DNA from: an uncultured bacterium
GTDB lineage: Bacteria > Bacillota_I > Bacilli_A > RFN20 > CAG-826
Reading direction: 5' to 3'
Assembly: GCA_949297305.1 (NCBI GenBank)
Contig: CASFSG010000019.1
Span: forward strand, 133 to 64,132
DNA: 64,000 nucleotides
Position numbers and translations under genes: made by a program. The notes beneath the pieces are model-generated. The model saw nothing but the letters and a program-made list of their open reading frames with translations. It had not been told where the DNA came from and made no database searches. This document shows, in pieces, positions 34,283 through 43,491 of this stretch; the first letter of the stretch is position 1; every line of letters starts with the position of its first letter.

Positions 34283-36193
34283 ATGAAAAAATATTGGGGA
34301 TTTGCATTATTTTTTAGCGTTTTCTCAATATTTTTTTCTAGTTGCATTAAAAATCAAGATATCGAATATGATATTTTAGTCGATCTTGTAAATGTGGTTG
34401 AAAATTATAATCGTGAAGATGGTGGTTATGTCGATGAAAAAGGTTATTGGATCGAATTAGATAATTACGATTTTAAAAACGATAAAATACATTTAAATCA
34501 CGGCGGCTCCTTGCTTATTCACGCTGGAGAAATTGATGACATAAAAGTTCGATATCAAGAAGTGGGAGTTTTGAACGCTATTCGCTATAAATTTAGTTCC
34601 TTTGCTATTGGTTTAAATAATCCTCATCAAGGTAATTTAGCTTTAGCCAGCAATACCTTGATTCAGTCTAGCGATGATGCAAATGATTATTTTGCAATTT
34701 ATGTTCCTTATGGCGAATATATTATCGAATCAATTAGTTTTAAATTTAAAAATGTCATGCGACCAGAATATTATTTAATATCACCTATTGATATTTATGC
34801 CTTTAATGATTTTCATGGCTATGTCAAAGAAAATTTAGCTGAAAACCAAGGAGGGATGTCGCGTTTAGGAGCATTTTTAAAAGATAAAACTGTTCTTAAT
34901 GATGAAGGAACGGTAATTTTATCAGCCGGCGATTCGTTTCAAGGGACAGCAGATAGCAATTTGGTGCGCGGCGAAGTCGTCAATAATTTTTATAATTTAA
35001 TTGGTTTAGATGCTTCTAGTTTCGGCAATCATGAATTTGACTGGGGTGAAGATAATTTAAGAGAAATTATTGCAATGGCGAATTATCCCTTTCTAGGAAT
35101 TAATATTTTTGATATTGATAACGATAATATTGTCGATTATGCACAAAAATCAACTCTGCTAAGAAAAAACAATATTTCAATTGGTGTTATCGGGGCGATT
35201 GGAAATATTTATTCCTCAATTTCTCAAACTATTACCAATCAAGCAAATTTTAAATTTATTACAGGTGTTAATCTTGTAAATATAGTTCGTAATGAAGCGT
35301 TAAATTTAAAAAATCAGGGCGCACAATTTATTATTTATTTAGTTCATGATGGTGCAGATGGTTTTCCTAGTAGCGATAGTTATTTTCGCGATTTCTATTC
35401 AAATTCTTTAAGTGATTATATTGATTTGGTTATCGAAGGTCATACCCATATGCAATATATCTATTTAGACGAACGTCAAACATATCATGTTCAAACATCT
35501 TCTTATGGTCAAAATATCAATCATATCCAAATCGCTTTAAGCGAGGACGGGTTAGAGGTTATTAATGTAGAAAATATTGATTTAAATCAATATGTTGCTA
35601 GCGATGATGAAATAGACGAGTTATATCGATATTATGAAGATAATTTTATCAAAGAAATTCGCGATGAAGTTATTTATGATTACGTTCCTTACACCTATAG
35701 CTATCGCCCTTTTGTTGAATTTTATTATTCATATTTTTGTGAATTCGCTAATGAATATTTATCTAGTCAAGAAAAAAACGCTTCTTTATTTGGAGCAGTT
35801 GCATTAAATAATTTAAGGACTTCAATTAGCGGCAAAAACTTTACTTATGGACAATTATATGAGGCGATGCCTTTCGACAATAGTTTTGCCCTCGTCTCTA
35901 TTAGTGGCGAAAATTTGATTAACAGGTTTCAAAAGAACGATAATTATTGTTTTTATTTTGTAAGTGACAATATTAACCCTAGTCACACCTATTATGTCAT
36001 TGCTGATTCCTACAATTATGACTATAGTTATAACAACATGCATTTAGAAAAACTATTTTCCATTTCAGAATTAAAGAATTTTGATAATGATTATTATTCG
36101 TTATTGCGTTCTGATGTTGGGGTCGATTATCTTTATAACCGCGATGTTAGTCGTGTTGCTTTATTGAGCGATAATGTCAACTGGGCATATTAA
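34283..36193 (+). CDS. lipoprotein 5'-nucleotidase / metallophosphoesterase with extra N-terminal domain
   Basis: Lipobox FFSSC. Calcineurin-like motifs NDFHG, GDSFQGT, GNHEFD and GHTH. C-terminal 5'-nucleotidase-like region. Confidence 0.75.
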   Translation: MKKYWGFALFFSVFSIFFSSCIKNQDIEYDILVDLVNVVENYNREDGGYVDEKGYWIELDNYDFKNDKIHLNHGGSLLIHAGEIDDIKVRYQEVGVLNAIRYKFSSFAIGLNNPHQGNLALASNTLIQSSDDANDYFAIYVPYGEYIIESISFKFKNVMRPEYYLISPIDIYAFNDFHGYVKENLAENQGGMSRLGAFLKDKTVLNDEGTVILSAGDSFQGTADSNLVRGEVVNNFYNLIGLDASSFGNHEFDWGEDNLREIIAMANYPFLGINIFDIDNDNIVDYAQKSTLLRKNNISIGVIGAIGNIYSSISQTITNQANFKFITGVNLVNIVRNEALNLKNQGAQFIIYLVHDGADGFPSSDSYFRDFYSNSLSDYIDLVIEGHTHMQYIYLDERQTYHVQTSSYGQNINHIQIALSEDGLEVINVENIDLNQYVASDDEIDELYRYYEDNFIKEIRDEVIYDYVPYTYSYRPFVEFYYSYFCEFANEYLSSQEKNASLFGAVALNNLRTSISGKNFTYGQLYEAMPFDNSFALVSISGENLINRFQKNDNYCFYFVSDNINPSHTYYVIADSYNYDYSYNNMHLEKLFSISELKNFDNDYYSLLRSDVGVDYLYNRDVSRVALLSDNVNWAY

Positions 36194-36258
36194 TCGATTT
36201 AACATTTTTTAATTTAGAAATATTTCTAGTTAATTTTTTGTTGATTATAAAATTCAAC

Positions 36259-36287
36259 TTGTCATCGCCTTAATATTTTATTAATAT
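36259..36287 (+). promoter_or_regulatory. candidate promoter of the hydrogenase operon
   Basis: TTGTCA (36259-36264), 17-nt spacer, TAATAT (36282-36287). Confidence 0.35.
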
Positions 36288-36324
36288 TAAAAACGGATAT
36301 TTTATTATTATGGAGGTTATTTAG

Positions 36325-36810
36325 ATGGGTAGAATACAACCTGAAGCAAAAGCTAAAATTGAAGCTATTTGCGATAAGTACTTAAATGAGCCTACTCCTT
36401 TGATGCTAATTTTATCTGATATTCAAACTGAGTTTGGTTATATTCCTTTAGAAGTGCAAGAAATCGTTTCTGAAAAAACTGATATTCCAGTGAGCGAAAT
36501 TTATGGGGTCGTTACCTTTTATTCATTCTTCTCTTTGCAACCAAAAGGAAAATATATTATTGGTGTGTGTTTAGGTACGGCGTGCTATGTCAAAGGCGGC
36601 CAAAATGTTTTAGATAAATTTTGCCAAGAACTAGGGACGAAACCTGGTGGTACGAGTGAAGATGGTTTATTTACTATTGATGCGCTTAGATGCATTGGCG
36701 CTTGTGCAATAGCACCAGCTTGTACAATTAATGGCGAAGTTTATAGTCGCGTGAAAGTGAATGAAGTGCCAAAGATTATTAAAAAATATCGCGATATGGA
36801 GGCCTTGTAA
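36325..36810 (+). CDS. hydC: [FeFe] hydrogenase complex, NuoE-like [2Fe-2S] subunit
   Basis: Thioredoxin-like 2Fe-2S motif CLGTACYVKG...CIGACAIAP. First gene of a three-gene operon. Confidence 0.85.
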   Translation: MGRIQPEAKAKIEAICDKYLNEPTPLMLILSDIQTEFGYIPLEVQEIVSEKTDIPVSEIYGVVTFYSFFSLQPKGKYIIGVCLGTACYVKGGQNVLDKFCQELGTKPGGTSEDGLFTIDALRCIGACAIAPACTINGEVYSRVKVNEVPKIIKKYRDMEAL

Positions 36811-36812
36811 GA

Positions 36813-38681
36813 ATGGAAAAATTATCGACATTAGAGAAATTTCTTTCTCATAAAAATCATTGCGAAGAATGTTTAAAACAGAAGTTTAGTTCCACTGATG
36901 GTACTTATACATTGCTTATTTGTGGTGGATTAGGTTGTGAAACTGCTAACTCATTAAAATTGAAAGAAAGATTAATCGAGGCCATTCATAAACGCAATTT
37001 AGAAAATATTGTAAAAGTTGATGAAGCTGGTTGTTTTGGCTTTTGTAGTGAAGGGCCATTTGTCAAAGTTTTTCCTGATGATGTTTTATATCGCTTAGTT
37101 AAACCCGAAGATGCTGAACGCATCATCGAAGAGCACATTCTTGGTGGTCATGTTATCGACGATTTATGTTTCAAAAATAAAGAAGGCAAAACAATTACAA
37201 AAGAAAAGGATGTCGATTTTTATAAAAAACAAGTTAAAATTGCCCTTTATGGCGTTGGTGTTATCAATCCTGAACGTCTCGATGACGCGATTGGTTATGG
37301 TGCATTCCAAGGATTAATTAAAGCTTTAAAAATGAAACCGCAAGAAGTTATCGATGAAATTCTTGCTTCAGGTTTAAGAGGTCGCGGTGGCGGTGGTTTC
37401 CCCACTGGCCGCAAATGGCAATTTGCTTATGACCAAGTTAATGATACCAAGTATGTTGTATGTAATGGCGATGAAGGCGATCCAGGAGCATTCATGGATC
37501 GAAGTGCCCTTGAAGGCAATCCTTTTTCGGTTATTGAAGGAATGATGATTGCTGGTTATGCTATCGGTGCTCAAAATGGTTATTTCTATGTTCGTGCTGA
37601 ATATCCTTTAGCTATTAAACGATTAAGAAACGCCATTAAATTGATGGAAGATGCTGGTTTACTTGGTGATAATATTTTAGGTACTGATTTTTCTTTTAGA
37701 GCGCATTTGCGTTTAGGTGCTGGCGCCTTTGTTTGCGGCGAGGAAACTGCTCTATTAAATTCGATTGAAGGACAAAGAGGAATGCCGCGTCCGCGACCTC
37801 CTTTCCCAGCTGTCAAAGGTTTATGGGGCAAGCCAACTATTATCAATAATGTTGAAACTCTCGCTTGTGTTCCTTATATTTTGCGTAACGGGGCAAAAGA
37901 ATTTAATAAATACGGTACTGAAAAATCTAAAGGAACCAAAGTGTTTGCCTTAGGCGGGAAAGTTAACAATGTAGGTTTAGTAGAAGTTCCAATGGGCACA
38001 ACCCTTCGCGAATTAATTTATGACATCGGTGGTGGCGTACCCCACGGCAAGAAATTTAAAGCTATTCAAACTGGTGGTCCTAGTGGTGGGTGCTTGACAG
38101 AAAAGGATTTAGATACTCCTATTGATTATGACAATTTAATTGCTGCCGGCTCAATGATGGGTAGTGGTGGTGCAATTGTTATGGACGAAGATAATTGCAT
38201 GGTCGATGTAGCAAAATTTTATATGGAATTTATCGTCGATGAATCGTGCGGCAAATGTTCGCCTTGCCGCATCGGTACGCGTCGCATTTTGGAATATTTA
38301 TCTAAAATTACGCGTGGTACTGCAACAAAGGAAGATTTAGAAGAATTAAAAGATTTGTGCGAAAACGTGCGGACAAATTCATTGTGCGGTTTAGGACAAA
38401 CTGCTCCTAATCCCGTTTTGTCGACGATGCGTTCTTTCTATGATGAATATCTTGAGCACGTCGTCGAAAAGAAGTGTGACGCACATGTGTGTAAAGACTT
38501 AATGCGTTTTGTTATTAAACCAGATCTTTGTAAGAAATGCGGAATGTGCGCGCGTAATTGTCCGACACACTGCATTAGTGGTGAGTTAGGTAAAACAGTC
38601 TTTAAGATTGATCAAAGCAAATGTATTAAATGCGGCTCTTGCTTTAGCACTTGCCCATTTAAAGCTATTGAAAAGATTTAA
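36813..38681 (+). CDS. hydB: [FeFe] hydrogenase complex, NuoF-like NAD(H)/FMN subunit
   Basis: GLRGRGGGGFPTG.KW, CNGDEGDPGAF, SCGKCSPCR. N-terminal 2Fe-2S domain and C-terminal 2x[4Fe-4S] (CKKCGMCARNCP, CIKCGSCFSTCP). Confidence 0.88.
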   Translation: MEKLSTLEKFLSHKNHCEECLKQKFSSTDGTYTLLICGGLGCETANSLKLKERLIEAIHKRNLENIVKVDEAGCFGFCSEGPFVKVFPDDVLYRLVKPEDAERIIEEHILGGHVIDDLCFKNKEGKTITKEKDVDFYKKQVKIALYGVGVINPERLDDAIGYGAFQGLIKALKMKPQEVIDEILASGLRGRGGGGFPTGRKWQFAYDQVNDTKYVVCNGDEGDPGAFMDRSALEGNPFSVIEGMMIAGYAIGAQNGYFYVRAEYPLAIKRLRNAIKLMEDAGLLGDNILGTDFSFRAHLRLGAGAFVCGEETALLNSIEGQRGMPRPRPPFPAVKGLWGKPTIINNVETLACVPYILRNGAKEFNKYGTEKSKGTKVFALGGKVNNVGLVEVPMGTTLRELIYDIGGGVPHGKKFKAIQTGGPSGGCLTEKDLDTPIDYDNLIAAGSMMGSGGAIVMDEDNCMVDVAKFYMEFIVDESCGKCSPCRIGTRRILEYLSKITRGTATKEDLEELKDLCENVRTNSLCGLGQTAPNPVLSTMRSFYDEYLEHVVEKKCDAHVCKDLMRFVIKPDLCKKCGMCARNCPTHCISGELGKTVFKIDQSKCIKCGSCFSTCPFKAIEKI

Positions 38682-38695
38682 GGAGGAATTTTGCA

Positions 38696-40468
38696 ATGTC
38701 TGAATTAGTAAATATTGTTATTGAAGGTAAATCCTATCAAGTTGAAAAGGGTTTAACTATTTTAGAAGCTGCTCATAAATGCGGTTACGATATTCCTTCT
38801 TTATGTGCTTTTAATAACGGAAAGTGCTCATTAGCGAGCTGCCGTGTTTGTTTAGTGGAGGTTAAAGGGGCACGTGGACTAGTTGCTAGCTGTGTCTATC
38901 CTGTTAATGAAGGAATGGAAATTAGTATCTCCTCCCCTAAAGCAGTAAACGCTCGAAGAACATCGGTTGAACTTCTTCTTTCTAATCATAACAAAGATTG
39001 CCAAGAATGTTCGAAAAATGGCAACTGTGAATTGCTTCATGTTGCTAAACTTGTTGGAGCTAGAGAGGGTCGTTATGAAGGTCATAAGACACCTGTTACT
39101 ATCGATAATTTAGCACCTGGTTTAGTTAGAGATACTTCCAAATGTATTTTATGTGGTCGATGCATTGTTAGATGTAAGGAAGCTCAAGGTATTGGGATTT
39201 TAGGTTTTGAAAACCGAGGATTTGCTACCATCGTTTCTCCAGCCGACAATCGTTCTTTTAGTAATGTTCCTTGTATGCAGTGCGGACAATGTACGTTAGT
39301 TTGCCCAACTGGAGCTTTAATGGAACACGATCAAATTGCTTTAGTTGATAAAGCGATGGCTGAAGGCAAAAAAGTTATCGTTCAAACTGCTCCAGCCGTA
39401 CGCGCTGCAATAGCTGAAGAATTTGGTGAGAAGATTGGAACGCCCGGTACTGGTAAAATGGTTGCCGCTTTACATCGTTTAGGCTTCTATCGGGTTTTCG
39501 ACACAAATTTTGCTGCCGATTTAACGATTATGGAGGAAGCTAATGAATTAATGGAGCGACTAACTAACGGCGGTGTTTTGCCAATGATTACTTCTTGCTC
39601 ACCAGGATGGATTAATTATTTAGAATATTATTATCCTGAAATTATTCCGCATGTCTCGTCTTGTAAGTCGCCGCATGAGATGATGGGGGCAATTATTAAA
39701 TCATATTATGCTAAAGTACATAATCTAAATCCAAAGGAAATCTTTACCGTTTCAATTATGCCTTGTACAGCTAAAAAATATGAAGCCCAACGTCCTGAAT
39801 TAAAAAATAAGGATGGTATTGCCGATGTTGATTGTGTCTTAACAACACGAGAACTTGGCCGTCTCATTCGTCGATCTGGGATTAATTGGCAAAAACTTCC
39901 CGAAGAAGAATTTGATAATGATTTACTAGGCGAATATAGTGGTGCAGGCGTCATCTTTGGGGTGACTGGTGGTGTTATGGAAGCGGCTTTAAGAACCGCT
40001 TATCACACCTTAACCAATAAAGAAGCCGGCTTTTTAGATTTTAAAGCTGTTCGTGGTTTAGAAGGTGTCAAGGAAGCATCTTTAGAAATCAATGGTCAAG
40101 TCATAAATGTTGCTGTTACTAGCGGCATGAAGAACGCTAAACAATTGCTCGAAGATATTAAAAATGGTAAGAGTAAATACCATTTTATTGAAATTATGGG
40201 TTGCCCCGGCGGATGTATTAATGGTGGTGGTCAACCATATGTTAAGCCTGTTTTCTTACCTAATGAAGATGATGATATTTTAGCGACATTTGCCGCTAAG
40301 AGAGCTTCTATTTTATATAGCGAGGACGAACGTCAAGTCGTGCGTCAATCGCACAATAATAAAGATATCATTCGCTTATACAATGATTATTTAGAAAAAC
40401 CAGGCTCGCATTTAGCCCACGAATTATTGCATACGACATATGTAAATAATCGAAAGAAATATAATTAA
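38696..40468 (+). CDS. hydA: [FeFe] hydrogenase catalytic subunit
   Basis: N-terminal 2Fe-2S/4Fe-4S domains plus all three H-cluster motifs: TSCSPGW, MPCTAKKYE, EIMGCPGGCINGGGQP. Confidence 0.92.
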   Translation: MSELVNIVIEGKSYQVEKGLTILEAAHKCGYDIPSLCAFNNGKCSLASCRVCLVEVKGARGLVASCVYPVNEGMEISISSPKAVNARRTSVELLLSNHNKDCQECSKNGNCELLHVAKLVGAREGRYEGHKTPVTIDNLAPGLVRDTSKCILCGRCIVRCKEAQGIGILGFENRGFATIVSPADNRSFSNVPCMQCGQCTLVCPTGALMEHDQIALVDKAMAEGKKVIVQTAPAVRAAIAEEFGEKIGTPGTGKMVAALHRLGFYRVFDTNFAADLTIMEEANELMERLTNGGVLPMITSCSPGWINYLEYYYPEIIPHVSSCKSPHEMMGAIIKSYYAKVHNLNPKEIFTVSIMPCTAKKYEAQRPELKNKDGIADVDCVLTTRELGRLIRRSGINWQKLPEEEFDNDLLGEYSGAGVIFGVTGGVMEAALRTAYHTLTNKEAGFLDFKAVRGLEGVKEASLEINGQVINVAVTSGMKNAKQLLEDIKNGKSKYHFIEIMGCPGGCINGGGQPYVKPVFLPNEDDDILATFAAKRASILYSEDERQVVRQSHNNKDIIRLYNDYLEKPGSHLAHELLHTTYVNNRKKYN

Positions 40469-40492
40469 AATTTATTAAAATTTATTTAAATT

Positions 40493-40526
40493 AGCTAGGA
40501 TATCTTGCAAATCCTAGCTTTTTTAT
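40493..40526 (+). terminator. rho-independent terminator after hydA
   Basis: AGCTAGGAT / ATCCTAGCT 9-bp stem followed by TTTTTT. Confidence 0.8.
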
Positions 40527-40621
40527 TAAAAATCATTGTCCTCAATTTGTGTGGATATATCGGCAATTTAACTTTTTAAAAGTTAATGCAACTTTTTTCT
40601 TTAATGCTTATAATATTTAAT

Positions 40622-41959
40622 ATGAAAGATGTCTATTTATATAATTCATTATCAAATAAAATTGAAAAATTTGTTCCGCTAAAAGATGGCGAAGTTTCTT
40701 TATATGTTTGTGGGCCAACCGTCTATAATGATGCGCATTTAGGCAATATTCGTCCTGCGATTTTTTTTGATTCTTTAGTTCGATTTTTTACTTATCTTGG
40801 TTACGATGTCAAATATGTATCAAATTATACCGATGTCGATGACAAAATTATTAATCGGGCGAAAGAATTGGGTGTTTCAGAAGCATTTGTTGCTAAAGAA
40901 AATATTGCCAAATATGAAGAAATACTAAAAAACATTAATTGTTTGCCTTTTTATGAACATCCGCGAGCAACTGAATATATTAATAATATGATCAATTATA
41001 TTCAGGATTTAATTAATAATGGTTCAGCGTATCAAATTGGTGGCGATGTTTTTTTCCGTGTCAATTCTATTGAAGGTTATGGAAAATTGTCGAATACAAA
41101 TATTAATGATTTAAAAGTTGGTGCGCGCATTCTAAGCAACGATAAAAAAGAATCGCCTCTCGATTTTACTTTGTGGAAAGAAACTAAAGAAGGGATTGCA
41201 TGGGATTCACCTTTTTCGCGTGGGCGTCCTGGTTGGCATACTGAATGTTGCGTCATGATTGAGGCGATATTTGGAGGAACGATAGATATTCATGGCGGTG
41301 GCTTTGATTTAAAATTCCCTCATCATGAAAACGAATTAGCCCAAGCTAGAGCCTACAATCATAAATTATTAGCAAATTATTGGATGCATAATGGTTTTGT
41401 TAATTTTGGTGAAGAAAAAATGTCCAAATCTTTAGGCAATGTTATTTTGGCTAAAGATGTTATTAAAGAGTATGGTGGTGACGCGATTAGATATTTAATT
41501 CTATCTACTTATTATCGTTCTCCTGTCGCTTTTTCAGATGCAGTTATTCGCGGCGCGAAAAACGAAGTTGAAAAGATTAAAAACGCTTATCTTCGCGGTA
41601 CTTCTTTACTCCAGTTAAATGGTTTTGAAATTAATAAAAAATATGCGAATAAAATGGATCATTATATCGATGCCTTAGCAAATGATTTGAATTTTGCAAA
41701 TGCGATTAGCGAAATGCATAATATCATTAAGGAAATAAACACAAACATCCGACAAAAAGAAGTAAATTACCTCCTTCTACAAGAACTTATTTCATCGTTA
41801 AAAGAAATGCTTTTTATCCTCGGTATTGATAATTCTTTTCCTACTATCAACGATTATGATAAAATGTTGTATAATAAATATTTAGAGTATCGCTCAAAGG
41901 GCGAATATGCTAAAAGTGATGAACTTAGGCCGCTTCTTATGGCTAAGCACATAATTTAG
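40622..41959 (+). CDS. cysS: cysteine--tRNA ligase
   Basis: CGPTVYNDAHLGNIRP (HIGH-type), WHTEC, KMSKS. Start set at ATG 40622 (MKDVYLYNSLS...) rather than ORF-track 40586. Confidence 0.93.
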   Translation: MKDVYLYNSLSNKIEKFVPLKDGEVSLYVCGPTVYNDAHLGNIRPAIFFDSLVRFFTYLGYDVKYVSNYTDVDDKIINRAKELGVSEAFVAKENIAKYEEILKNINCLPFYEHPRATEYINNMINYIQDLINNGSAYQIGGDVFFRVNSIEGYGKLSNTNINDLKVGARILSNDKKESPLDFTLWKETKEGIAWDSPFSRGRPGWHTECCVMIEAIFGGTIDIHGGGFDLKFPHHENELAQARAYNHKLLANYWMHNGFVNFGEEKMSKSLGNVILAKDVIKEYGGDAIRYLILSTYYRSPVAFSDAVIRGAKNEVEKIKNAYLRGTSLLQLNGFEINKKYANKMDHYIDALANDLNFANAISEMHNIIKEINTNIRQKEVNYLLLQELISSLKEMLFILGIDNSFPTINDYDKMLYNKYLEYRSKGEYAKSDELRPLLMAKHII

Positions 41960-41969
41960 GAGAAAGAAA

Positions 41970-42719
41970 ATGCCAATTACATCTATCGATCAACAAATAG
42001 TCGAATATTTTGAGGGCCTATTTAACGGCAATGGTTGGGGAATTGTTATTCTCGCATTTTTGTCATTATTATGCGCGGCTTTGTGTGCAGGTATAATTGG
42101 TTTTGAAAGAGAATATCATGGGCATGCGGCGGGTTTAAGAACCCATCTTTTAGTTGCTTTAGGTTCAGCGCTTGTTATGATTGTTTCGATATATGGCTTT
42201 GGGCAAATTGGCGCTGATGGAGCATTTCCTAATCGCGATCCAGCTAGACTAGCTGCGCAAGTTGTTAGTGGTATCGGCTTTTTAGGCGCTGGTACAATTA
42301 TGCAAACTGGAAGTGACGTTAAAGGTTTAACAACTGCAACAACATTGTGGTTAGTCATGGCTTTGGGTTTAGCATCTGGCAGCGGCAACTTTATTATTTG
42401 TGGCATTGCCACTTTAATTGCCCTTTTCATTTTGATTGGTTTAAGATGGCTAGAAAGATTTGCTGCTAATCGCAACCCTTATATAATTTTAGTTGTTCCT
42501 TTAGACCAACCAGTTTTAAAAGAAATTCTTGTTTGTGCTTCTCGATTTGCTATCAATGTTAAAGATATGGATTCGCGAATTATCAATTATCAAAATCAAT
42601 CACTATTAAGAGTAACTTTGAGAGTAAATAATCTTTCTCGTGCATCGATAACTGCTTTTGCTGATGAACTGCGTGAATATATTCGCCCAATTGATATTAA
42701 AGTAACAAATGAAATATAA
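41970..42719 (+). CDS. MgtC/SapB-family membrane protein with C-terminal soluble domain
   Basis: GFEREYHGHAAGLRTHLLVALGSALV signature, 4-5 TM helices, ACT-like tail. Confidence 0.8.
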   Translation: MPITSIDQQIVEYFEGLFNGNGWGIVILAFLSLLCAALCAGIIGFEREYHGHAAGLRTHLLVALGSALVMIVSIYGFGQIGADGAFPNRDPARLAAQVVSGIGFLGAGTIMQTGSDVKGLTTATTLWLVMALGLASGSGNFIICGIATLIALFILIGLRWLERFAANRNPYIILVVPLDQPVLKEILVCASRFAINVKDMDSRIINYQNQSLLRVTLRVNNLSRASITAFADELREYIRPIDIKVTNEI

Positions 42720-43467
42720 GTTTAAGCAAAGTGAGAATAGAAAATTAGGCCACGATGTAAATTATATTTACGGGAGAATTCCTGTATTAAGTTATCTAGA
42801 TAATGGCCATGTCTATGAAGTTTTTTTAGCCCAAAATTTTTCTGACCAAAAAATTCTTCAAACTTTAAAAGCTCGTAAACTTAATCCAAAAATTGTTTCT
42901 AATCATGAACTTGATCGGATGTCATCATTTAATAATCACCAAGGGATTGTTGCTCGAATTGATGAATATATAACATATTCTTTGCTCGATTTAATCAACT
43001 CATTAAAAGAGAAGAACAATCCAATTATTGTTATGTTAGATGAAGTTATGGATCCACATAATTTGGGTGCGATTATTAGAAATATTGACGCCTTTAATAT
43101 CGATGGTTTGATTATCAAAAATAAAAATCAAGCACCTTTAAGTCCGACAGTTTATAAAGTTTCTACTGGAGCATTATCTTTTATCAAAGTAGCGGTGGTC
43201 GCAAATTTGAATAATGCAATTCAACAATTAAAAGAACACGGTTATTGGATATATGCTATTTCTGAGAAAGGTTCTCAACCATATTATGACATCGATTTTA
43301 ATAATCCTTCTGTTGTAATTTTCGGTAATGAGGGTAAAGGCATTTCGAAATTGATTTTAAACAATTCTGATTACTATGTATCTATTCCGATGTTTGGGCA
43401 TGTTGAATCATTAAATGTTGCCTCTAGTTCAGCTATTTTATTATCATACATTAGAAACAAGCATTAA
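42709..43467 (+). CDS. rlmB: 23S rRNA (guanosine-2'-O)-methyltransferase, SpoU/TrmH family (RlmB/YacO-like)
   Basis: LDEVMDPHNLGAIIRN, FGNEGKGIS and IPMFGHVESLNVASS motifs. Position after cysS as in Bacillus. Confidence 0.85.
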   Translation: MKYKFKQSENRKLGHDVNYIYGRIPVLSYLDNGHVYEVFLAQNFSDQKILQTLKARKLNPKIVSNHELDRMSSFNNHQGIVARIDEYITYSLLDLINSLKEKNNPIIVMLDEVMDPHNLGAIIRNIDAFNIDGLIIKNKNQAPLSPTVYKVSTGALSFIKVAVVANLNNAIQQLKEHGYWIYAISEKGSQPYYDIDFNNPSVVIFGNEGKGISKLILNNSDYYVSIPMFGHVESLNVASSSAILLSYIRNKH

Positions 43468-43491
43468 GAATTCTCCTTTCAAGGAGAAAGA

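Noticed and set aside
40586-40621. 12-codon N-terminal extension of cysS (MQLFSLMLIIFN)
   Set aside because: It is hydrophobic and unlike CysRS. MKDVYLYNSLS at ATG 40622 matches the canonical CysRS N-terminus.
40527-40621. Possible T-box riboswitch upstream of cysS
   Set aside because: Only about 95 nt lie between the hydA terminator and the cysS start. That is too short for a T-box leader, and I saw no T-box consensus or terminator/antiterminator pair.
42116-42475. 119-aa minus-strand ORF inside the MgtC-family gene
   Set aside because: It is antisense to a gene with a clear MgtC signature and has no RBS or motif.
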